Source: a virus
Lineage: Duplodnaviria > Caudoviricetes
Length of the DNA: 54,958 nt
Strand: one strand, 5' to 3'
Virus record (IMG/VR): IMGVR_UViG_3300020214_002535
Span: 1-54,958 of that record
The first letter of the stretch is position 1. Every line of letters starts with the position of its first letter. Below are positions 47,706 through 54,958 of this stretch, one piece after another. The position numbers and the translations under genes are program-made. Under the pieces are notes generated by a model that worked only from the letters and a program-made list of their open reading frames with translations, made no database searches and was not told the DNA's origin.

Positions 47706-47711
47706 AACGAC

Positions 47712-48956
47712 ATGCAGAAAAAAACTATATTAATGCTTTCAGACCACCCTTTAAGTTCTAGTGGCGTTGGAACGCAGGCTAGATGGTTGATTCATGGATT
47801 GCTAACAACCGGAAAATACAAATTTAAGTGTTTTGGCGGGGCGATGAAACATGAAGATTACAGAACCGTCGTAGTAAATGAAGATTTTATTATCAAACCT
47901 ACGGACGGATTTGGAGATAGAAATATGTTGCGTCAAGTTCTAGCTACTGAAAAACCTGATGCAATATTGCTTTTTACAGATCCAAGATTTTTTATTTGGA
48001 TTTGGGAAATGGAAGACGAAATTCATCAAGTATGTCCTATAGTATATAATCACTTATGGGACAATCTTCCATGGCCAGAATTTAATAGAGTTTTATATGA
48101 GTCGACAGATTTAATCAACTGCATCAACTGGCCAACGTATCAAATGATCAAAGAACGATTTCCTGAGAAAACAAACTACATTCCTCACTCAATTCCTAAA
48201 GAGGTCTATTATCCTTTACCTGAAGAAGAACAACAAAAAGTAAAAATTTCTTTATTAGGAAAAGATAAGAAAGATCACTTTGCTGCATTATTCGTTTCAA
48301 GAAACGCAAGAAGAAAAATGCCAAGTGATATTTTAGTTTCATGGAAGCAATTTATTGATGAGTTGAAACTTAGACATGGTCATTCAAACGCGACGCTCAT
48401 TATGCATACAGAGCCTTTAGATCCAGAAGGTCCTAATTTGCATCATGTTGTCGATATGTTAGGAATAAGAGATTCAATAGTCTTTTCTAAGAACAGAATT
48501 GAGTTTCAGGATATGAATAAACTTTATAATGCCGTTGATACAGTTGTAAATCGAAGTTGTAATGAAGGATTTGGTTTATCAACGTTAGAAGGGATGATGT
48601 GCGGAAAACCAATTATCGCAATTAAAACTGGAGGATTAACTCGACAAGTTGAAGACTTAGAAACTGGCGAGCAATTTGGGATTGCGTTAGAACCTGATGC
48701 AAAATCTTTAGTAGGAAATCAAATGGTCCCTTACATCTATGAAGATTACGTAACCCATGAACACCTTGCAAGTGCATTCATGGAAATGTATGAGTGGGGT
48801 CCAGAAAAAAGAAAACAAGTTGGCCTCCGCGCGCTCGAACACGCAACAAAAGATTATAATATAGAAAATTTAATAAAGCGTTGGGATGAGACTTTGACTA
48901 CGCTACTTGAAAAGTGGAAAGATAATCACCATAGTTGGGAAATAAAAGAAATTTGA
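47712..48956 (+). CDS. GT4 glycosyltransferase
   Basis: SDHP...SGVG, RNARRK, NEGFGLSTLEGMMCGKPII..TGGL. Confidence 0.92.
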   Translation: MQKKTILMLSDHPLSSSGVGTQARWLIHGLLTTGKYKFKCFGGAMKHEDYRTVVVNEDFIIKPTDGFGDRNMLRQVLATEKPDAILLFTDPRFFIWIWEMEDEIHQVCPIVYNHLWDNLPWPEFNRVLYESTDLINCINWPTYQMIKERFPEKTNYIPHSIPKEVYYPLPEEEQQKVKISLLGKDKKDHFAALFVSRNARRKMPSDILVSWKQFIDELKLRHGHSNATLIMHTEPLDPEGPNLHHVVDMLGIRDSIVFSKNRIEFQDMNKLYNAVDTVVNRSCNEGFGLSTLEGMMCGKPIIAIKTGGLTRQVEDLETGEQFGIALEPDAKSLVGNQMVPYIYEDYVTHEHLASAFMEMYEWGPEKRKQVGLRALEHATKDYNIENLIKRWDETLTTLLEKWKDNHHSWEIKEI

Positions 48957-48965
48957 AGAGGAAAA

Positions 48966-50132
48966 ATGAAAAAAGTTGTTTTTAGAGGACCTGCCCTCAC
49001 GCAATCCGGATATGGAGTTCATAGCCGCCAAGTTGCAAAATGGTTATTGTCAAGAAAAGATATTGATGTCAAGTTTTTATTAACCCCGTGGGGCGATACT
49101 CCATGGATTTTAAATAAAACTAAATGTGATGGACTAATCGAACAAATCATGTGTAGAACCGCAAGTAACGCTAGCGGCTATGATGTTTCAATTCAACTTC
49201 AACTTCCTAATGAATGGGATAACAATTTAGCAAAAACGAATATCGGCATCACAGCTTCAGTAGAAACAGATTTAGCAAATCATGAATGGGTTCATGCATG
49301 CAATAAAATGTCATGTATTATTTTGCCTTCAACCCACGCATTAAAAAGCTTGAAAAATTCAGGACAATTAAACGTTGAGTCTCACATTATACCTGAGTCT
49401 TTTACTGAAGAAATTACAAAAGTTAATGATGGAATCGATCTTTCTGAAATAAAAACTTCTTTTAACTTTTTGGTTTTTGGTCAAATGACTGGAAATAATC
49501 CATTTAATGATAGAAAAAATTTATTATTTACTATTAAATGGTTATGCGAAACATTTTCTAAGGATGATGACGTTGGAGTTATTATCAAAACAAATGCTGG
49601 AAGAAATACAAAAATTGATCGTAATATTGTGGTAAAAAATCTTGAAGCTCTTTTAAGAGAAGTTCGTAAATCAATCAATCCTAAAATTTATTTGCTGCAT
49701 GGCGAAATGAGCGATGCGCATGTTTCATCTCTTTACAAAAACCCTAAAGTAAAAGCGCTAATTTCATTGACAAGAGGAGAAGGATACGGACTTCCGATAT
49801 TAGAAGCTGCAGCATCAGGATTACCAGTTATCGCTACAAATTGGTCTGGTCATTTAGATTTTATGAAACACACTAAATTTATTGGTGTTAACTACGACTT
49901 AGTTCAAGTTCATGCTTCTAGAATTGATAATAAGATATTCATGAATGATTCAAAGTGGGCAGAGCCGTTGGAAGATGATTTTAAAAAGAAAATAATAAAG
50001 TTTAAAAATTCATCTTCTTTACCAAAAAAATGGGCCGTTGAAGGGTCAAAGAAAATTATAGAATTTTATAATCATAATTCTGTTTCTAAGATTTATGATG
50101 AAAAACTTTCGAAGTATTTGGTTAGTGTATGA
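48966..50132 (+). CDS. GT4 glycosyltransferase
   Basis: SGYG.H.R, DRKN, TRGEGYGLPILEAAASGLPVIATNWSGHLDF. Confidence 0.92.
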   Translation: MKKVVFRGPALTQSGYGVHSRQVAKWLLSRKDIDVKFLLTPWGDTPWILNKTKCDGLIEQIMCRTASNASGYDVSIQLQLPNEWDNNLAKTNIGITASVETDLANHEWVHACNKMSCIILPSTHALKSLKNSGQLNVESHIIPESFTEEITKVNDGIDLSEIKTSFNFLVFGQMTGNNPFNDRKNLLFTIKWLCETFSKDDDVGVIIKTNAGRNTKIDRNIVVKNLEALLREVRKSINPKIYLLHGEMSDAHVSSLYKNPKVKALISLTRGEGYGLPILEAAASGLPVIATNWSGHLDFMKHTKFIGVNYDLVQVHASRIDNKIFMNDSKWAEPLEDDFKKKIIKFKNSSSLPKKWAVEGSKKIIEFYNHNSVSKIYDEKLSKYLVSV

Positions 50133-50437
50133 TTTACTTGTTAATAACAACAAATTTGCTAACTTCAATTGGTTTATTGTTCACTATTAAACGTTTTTTG
50201 AAATCAGCAGAAACTTTAGATTCTTTAGCAATTCAAATCGAAGAATCTTTAGATATTATAGATGAGTCTTACTCTAACATATCAAAACATTTAAAGTCTC
50301 CAATTATGTTTGATGACCCAGTTATCGTTTCAATGGTTAATGACGTAAAAAAAACTAGACAGTCATTATTGCTTATTGCAAATAAAATATCAAGCCCGTT
50401 TGAAAACTTAAATTCTGATGAGGATAAATTAACGTGA
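50129..50437 (+). CDS. Hypothetical protein with an N-terminal membrane anchor
   Basis: Hydrophobic MIYLLITTNLLTSIGLLFTI followed by a coiled coil. Confidence 0.65.
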   Translation: MIYLLITTNLLTSIGLLFTIKRFLKSAETLDSLAIQIEESLDIIDESYSNISKHLKSPIMFDDPVIVSMVNDVKKTRQSLLLIANKISSPFENLNSDEDKLT

Positions 50438-51198
50438 AAAAAGTAAAAATAAAAAAAACAAGAAAACGAAGACAAAAGAGTTCAGATGAAAAAGAACCTC
50501 AAGACTCTAAATTTTATTTTACTGCAGAAACACAAAAAGCAATATGCGAATTTCAAAAAGCAGATGATAGAAAAGTTAGAGAAAAATTTTACGTCGAAAA
50601 AATACTCCCTGCTTTTGAAAAGTTAGTTGAAAACCTAATCAATATTCACAAGTTTAGCGGGCTACATGACACATACGACGATTTAAAAAACGATTGTGTA
50701 AATTTTTTGTTTGAAACAATTCATAAATTCAATCCCACAATGGGAACAAATGCGTTTTCTTATTTTAACGTTGTTGCAAAAAACTGGTTGATAATAAAAA
50801 CCAAACAAAAAGCTCAAAGAGGAAGAAGAGATGTTAGCATTGATGATCAAAAAAGCCTTAATGCTTCAGAACTTCAAATTATAGAAGAACGAGGTTCTAT
50901 CCCGTCTCAAGATTCTGTATTAGAAAATTCTGAAAATATATCAGGAATTTTAAAACTGATGTATGAGATACGCTCAAAAGTTAAGGTTGAAAACGAATTA
51001 CTTTGCATAAATTCAGTAATAACTATATTTGAAAATATCAATGATATTGACATTTTAAATAAAAGTGCCATCCTTCTCTACATAAGAGAGTTATCAGGTC
51101 TTAGCCCGAAACAGCTAACAACATCAATGCAGGCAATTAAAAAACACTATAATAAATTAAAAGTGGAACAAATTTCTAATTATTCTAATATATTTTAA
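50434..51198 (+). CDS. Phage sigma factor (T4 gp55-like late sigma)
   Basis: FYF...AI..F, KLVENLI, DLKNDCV.FL.E.IHKFNP..NAFSYFNVVAKNWLI (region 2). Confidence 0.72.
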   Translation: MKKVKIKKTRKRRQKSSDEKEPQDSKFYFTAETQKAICEFQKADDRKVREKFYVEKILPAFEKLVENLINIHKFSGLHDTYDDLKNDCVNFLFETIHKFNPTMGTNAFSYFNVVAKNWLIIKTKQKAQRGRRDVSIDDQKSLNASELQIIEERGSIPSQDSVLENSENISGILKLMYEIRSKVKVENELLCINSVITIFENINDIDILNKSAILLYIRELSGLSPKQLTTSMQAIKKHYNKLKVEQISNYSNIF

Positions 51199-51210
51199 AT
51201 AAAACTGGAG

Positions 51211-51627
51211 ATGCTAGAACATATGTCTACAATGGACGGTGATTCTAAAAATTTTGATATGGATGAAGATATTAAAATAATTGATTCTTCTGAAAAAAGT
51301 ATCAAAGAAAGAATAAAAGATTTTAGCGGATTATTAAATCAAATTGAATCTCTTAATGATAAAAAAAAGCAATTGTGGAAAGAGATTTATGAAAATGCTA
51401 TAACCGACAGACAAAATGCTTATATAATGTTTACTAAGCTTGTAATGATCGTCCAAGATAAAAGCACAGAGCATGCAGTTCATGGAAGAACTATTTCTTC
51501 TTATATCGAAAGAATGAGTAAAGCAAATGAACAATTGATTAAATTGGCAGAATTAATTTCTAAAGCAGAATATGCATCAGAATCGATTGATCCTAATGAT
51601 ATGTTCGATAAAATAAGGAACAATTAA
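51211..51627 (+). CDS. Hypothetical helical protein
   Basis: 138-aa ORF with GGAG Shine-Dalgarno; predicted coiled coil. Confidence 0.65.
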   Translation: MLEHMSTMDGDSKNFDMDEDIKIIDSSEKSIKERIKDFSGLLNQIESLNDKKKQLWKEIYENAITDRQNAYIMFTKLVMIVQDKSTEHAVHGRTISSYIERMSKANEQLIKLAELISKAEYASESIDPNDMFDKIRNN

Positions 51628-51628
51628 A

Positions 51629-53227
51629 ATGGCATCTAAAAATGCGTTGATCATCAACGGAAAACTTAATTTAGTTGGTGCTGAACACGCAGAATACAAT
51701 TACGATGCTAGTTCAACAATTTCGATTAGACAAGTCTTTCAGCAATGGGTCGTCGTTGACGTAATTTTTGATCCAATTGTACTTACAGAAAAAAAAGTAC
51801 AACAATTAGAAGAAAAATATAGACTAGAATATGGTAAAACATTTTCAAATCTTGAAAGATATGTAAGAAATAAAGTTTTACCAAGAAACACTATCATTGC
51901 TGCAAAAGTCATCATGCTTGATCAAGGGGTCAAATATGAAGTCGATAAGCTAATGTTTCTTTATCCGTTTTTCCCTCCTGCATTATCGATGCCGTGTAAA
52001 CCGGGAGAACATGTTTGGGTAATGTTTGAAAATTTGACAAGCATTGATCCAATAGGATATTGGGTTTGTGGTGTCGTTGGTTCTGGCGTCGTTGATGATG
52101 TTAACCATTCTCATTATCCAAGAATTAATCAAAGTTCTTTTGTTGAAGGTGATGCTAGCGAAAAATGGGAAAAAACAAGCCAACAAGGAAACAATCAAGT
52201 TCCATCTTATAATTTTGATGATGGAACTCTTTTTCTACAAGATAGAAAAATCTATGAAAGAATTTTAACTACATCAGAAGGTTCTGATGCGTCTGTTTAT
52301 GAGTCTGTTCCGCGTTTTAAAAAGAGACCAGGCGATATTGCCTTTGAAGGTAGCAACAACACGCTAATAGTATTAGGAAGAGATAGAACTGGTTCAGCGG
52401 TTGAATATACTACGGTTGATACATCAAATCCCAATAATCCAACAAATGATGGACCAAAAAGTGTAAGTAAAGATAAAAAAGCATTCTTTAAAAAAAGAAA
52501 TGCAGGTTCAATCGACATAGTCGCTGGTAGAGGACAAAAAGAATCTACAGCAGGAAAAACTGTAATCAACACATTGCTAAATCCAGAATTAGACAAATCA
52601 ATTAACTCATTAATGCCTAATGAAGGAGATCCTGATTTTAAAAATGATAGAAGCAGAATTTATGTTTCGCAAAACGCTGAAATTGATAAATCTTTAGAAC
52701 TACAAGGGTATAACGAAAAACTTGGAGTTAAAGACACACAAACTGGTGATGCAAGCATAATAGTAAAAACTGATAAAATACGAATATTCGCTAGATCAGA
52801 CGTTCAAATATTAGTGACGGGATTTAACGAAGAAACCAAATCAACAGAAATTACTCAAGACGTCCCAGCGGATTTAGAATTTTTAAAAAATGAAGTTAAT
52901 GAATCAATAATAGATAAAATTAAGAATCAAAAATCGTCAGAAACAAATTGGGCATCGATAACAATTAAATCAAATGGTGACATTATCTTTAAGCCCTCTG
53001 ATTCAGGTTACATCAAGTTAGGAGATGAAACCGCAGATAAAGCTATACTTTGCACCGACATACCCGTTGATTCAGCTGCGATGCAAGGAGATATAAAAAT
53101 TCACGATCCAATAAGGGGAAAAACAAATCCTGGTGGAGCAGTACCAATTTTTACAACTGGTAATAAACAAATTGGAACGGGAGAAGCTGGACAAGGTACG
53201 TTTTCTAGAAAAGTTCTTATAAAATAA
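51629..53227 (+). CDS. Baseplate hub/spike protein (gp5/VgrG OB-fold-like)
   Basis: YPFF...PCKPGEHVWVMFE....GYW (gp5 OB-fold pattern); GDIAFEGSNNTLIVLG; C-terminal beta strands ITIKSNGDI...YIKLG. Confidence 0.65.
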   Translation: MASKNALIINGKLNLVGAEHAEYNYDASSTISIRQVFQQWVVVDVIFDPIVLTEKKVQQLEEKYRLEYGKTFSNLERYVRNKVLPRNTIIAAKVIMLDQGVKYEVDKLMFLYPFFPPALSMPCKPGEHVWVMFENLTSIDPIGYWVCGVVGSGVVDDVNHSHYPRINQSSFVEGDASEKWEKTSQQGNNQVPSYNFDDGTLFLQDRKIYERILTTSEGSDASVYESVPRFKKRPGDIAFEGSNNTLIVLGRDRTGSAVEYTTVDTSNPNNPTNDGPKSVSKDKKAFFKKRNAGSIDIVAGRGQKESTAGKTVINTLLNPELDKSINSLMPNEGDPDFKNDRSRIYVSQNAEIDKSLELQGYNEKLGVKDTQTGDASIIVKTDKIRIFARSDVQILVTGFNEETKSTEITQDVPADLEFLKNEVNESIIDKIKNQKSSETNWASITIKSNGDIIFKPSDSGYIKLGDETADKAILCTDIPVDSAAMQGDIKIHDPIRGKTNPGGAVPIFTTGNKQIGTGEAGQGTFSRKVLIK

Positions 53228-53228
53228 A

Positions 53229-54958
53229 ATGAGTATACTAACTTCATTCGGCGCGCTGAATCCAGATGGAACAATTTCTAATGCTTTTAGAACAAGAGCA
53301 ATAGAAATTTATAAAAATTTTGATCCTTATTCTAAGCAAATAGATTTAAATGATTTAAAAAGATACGGTGATTGGCATTCTCAATTAATTGATGAAACTA
53401 TAGGTTTTTCGATGAAAACCCTTGATGTTCCTGCGCCATTATCAACAATACCAGTTTTTGATCCTAGCGGGGTAGCTGCTGCTTTAAAAATAAAAGAGCC
53501 TCCTCTAGATTTGGCGACAATTATCGCTTCATTTGCTGCTCCGCTAGCGTCTATACCTGCATTGCTAAACATAAAACCAAATGATATCCCTAGTTTTTTA
53601 TCAAACTTATTAAATTTAGTAAAACCACCACCAATAGCTCCAGCCCCCGTTTATCCAGAGATAAAAATTTTATCAACAACGGGCAAATCAGCTTGGGGAG
53701 GAGGTGGAACACCTAATTATCCTAGTCAGGAAGGATTTAATTTAGCATTTATTAATGCGCTTCCAATAGCTCAAGCGCAATTAGACATAGTTACCAAGGA
53801 TCCTTCATGGTGGGCAAGCTTTACACCAAATAAGCTTTTTGATACTGCAAAGCAAATATTAGAAACCGTCGTAAAACCGTTAACCCAACCAATAACTTCT
53901 GATCCGATAGGGTATATAGCAGATTTAAATGTAGCTTTAACATTAGCAAGCGAAGCCATGGCCGCGCGGACGGCTGCTACAACTGTTGGAGCAACAAAAT
54001 TATTAAAAGAGCTTGGAGCAATAAAAGGTTACGTAACCGTAGCAGACATTCCAGGATTTGAGACAAAGTTAGATAGAGAAGCTTTAAAAAATAATCTTTA
54101 TAAACTTCAATCTAATGAAAAAAATATGGTTACTTTATTCCCAAGCAGAAATATGTCTTATGGAGACAATTACGCGTTAGAGACGATCTATGCTTTATCT
54201 GAACACATGTACAATGATAAAAGCTATAGAAAATCTAATAATGAAGATTCAGTAACTCTTGAAGTTGGAAACATTACAGGTAATACGTTCGTTAGTCCAC
54301 AAGGACAGTCAATTCCTAAGGGGTCAGGGTGGAGAATCAACCCCTGGTCTGAAACTCATGGTGGTACTGCATTTGATATGGCATATCCTATGCGAGATAA
54401 AGCTGGAAATTGGATGTCAGGAATCGAGAATAATAACGCAACTGAAATTAAAGAATTTTCGAATTTATCTCCATTTAAATGTGCAGGCGGGGCACACGAA
54501 CCTTATAGAATAGAAGGTAAACTTACGCATGATTTTGCTGCGATGTATGAAATAGGAAGATGGTTGTTTCATGAATGGCAAATTAGTCTGATTGAAAAAG
54601 GCCGCTTGCTTCCTTGGATCGATGATGGACAAAAACTAAAACTAATTCCTTATAGAAGTATTTTAATTGGAAGTAAAATATACAAAGAATTTCAGCAATG
54701 GGCAATAAAAGAATTTGGAAACAAATGGAATGTTGGGCATATAGACAAATATAAGAAGCTAAAGTGGTTTACAGGCCCTGGTATGTTTATTCCAGCAGAG
54801 ATACATGAAGATCATATGCATTTCCAAGCCGGCAGAACGAAAATAGACGAAAATCTTTCATTCGAAAAATTAGAATTAATTTATAGAGCTCATCCGGCTG
54901 CTTCAGAACAACAGTACAGAGGGACAAAAGTTAATAAAAATTTTGGAAAAGGGCCAGA
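53229..54958 (+). CDS. Large protein with a MepA-like (LAS) zinc peptidoglycan endopeptidase domain, 3' end runs off the window
   Basis: Not in the ORF track. Manual translation from ATG 53229 is open to the window end: MSILTSFGALNPDG... (Pro/Ala-rich) ...MSYG...LEVGNIT...SETHGGTAFDMAY...HEDHMHFQ, giving H-x5-D and HxH Zn ligands. Confidence 0.7.
   Translation, partial: MSILTSFGALNPDGTISNAFRTRAIEIYKNFDPYSKQIDLNDLKRYGDWHSQLIDETIGFSMKTLDVPAPLSTIPVFDPSGVAAALKIKEPPLDLATIIASFAAPLASIPALLNIKPNDIPSFLSNLLNLVKPPPIAPAPVYPEIKILSTTGKSAWGGGGTPNYPSQEGFNLAFINALPIAQAQLDIVTKDPSWWASFTPNKLFDTAKQILETVVKPLTQPITSDPIGYIADLNVALTLASEAMAARTAATTVGATKLLKELGAIKGYVTVADIPGFETKLDREALKNNLYKLQSNEKNMVTLFPSRNMSYGDNYALETIYALSEHMYNDKSYRKSNNEDSVTLEVGNITGNTFVSPQGQSIPKGSGWRINPWSETHGGTAFDMAYPMRDKAGNWMSGIENNNATEIKEFSNLSPFKCAGGAHEPYRIEGKLTHDFAAMYEIGRWLFHEWQISLIEKGRLLPWIDDGQKLKLIPYRSILIGSKIYKEFQQWAIKEFGNKWNVGHIDKYKKLKWFTGPGMFIPAEIHEDHMHFQAGRTKIDENLSFEKLELIYRAHPAASEQQYRGTKVNKNFGKGP

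Noticed and set aside
25299-50132. Ordinary bacterial O-antigen/LPS locus
   Set aside because: No flippase, polymerase or ligase, and it is continuous with phage sigma, baseplate and nuclease genes
1910-52596. Numerous 60-100 aa antisense or nested ORFs in the track (e.g. 1910, 4778, 19730, 25712, 46539, 52297)
   Set aside because: They overlap well-supported genes and show no recognisable motifs
53381-54513. Short ORFs 53381-53572, 53771-53959 and 54259-54513
   Set aside because: They lie within the long open frame starting at 53229
1-54958. Stop-codon reassignment, as seen in some large phages
   Set aside because: Coding density is high under the standard code, TAG and TGA both end genes at tight junctions, and reading through TGA 39330 does not restore the methyltransferase
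1-54958. tRNA, rRNA or CRISPR arrays
   Set aside because: Intergenic gaps are short, and no cloverleaf or repeat-spacer pattern was visible by eye; tRNAscan/Infernal were not run

Overview
This window looks like part of a large, AT-rich tailed-phage (jumbo/huge myovirus-like) genome. It uses the standard genetic code, and I saw no tRNA, rRNA or CRISPR array. Two divergent arms meet at a GATCT-rich intergenic spacer (25183-25298). The left arm (minus strand) carries an SbcD/Mre11 nuclease (partial), DnaG-type primase, GIY-YIG/NUMOD3 homing endonuclease, RuvC-like resolvase, SAM methyltransferase, T4 gp4-like head-completion nuclease, a ~13 kb block of putative tail/baseplate proteins, PIN-PhoH, an Hc1-like histone, DinG helicase, ClpP and a degenerate GroEL. 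A lone sigma-region-4 gene lies on the plus strand within this arm. The right arm (plus strand) is a ~25 kb glycan-biosynthesis island: about 9-12 glycosyltransferase-like genes, RmlA, an ADP-heptose module (cupin, GT9, HldD, split HldE, HAD), a Wbp-like amino-sugar module, ATP-grasp, deacetylase-like and UDP-sugar dehydrogenase genes. It runs directly into a gp55-like late sigma factor, a gp5/VgrG-like baseplate protein and a partial gene with a MepA-like peptidase domain. The most notable observations are the phage-borne glycan system with a possibly self-sufficient non-canonical heptose pathway, a ~68% GC in-frame graft in a virion gene, a frameshift-split methyltransferase at homopolymer tracts, and a candidate replication origin. 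All product calls rest on motif recognition by eye; no database searches were run.
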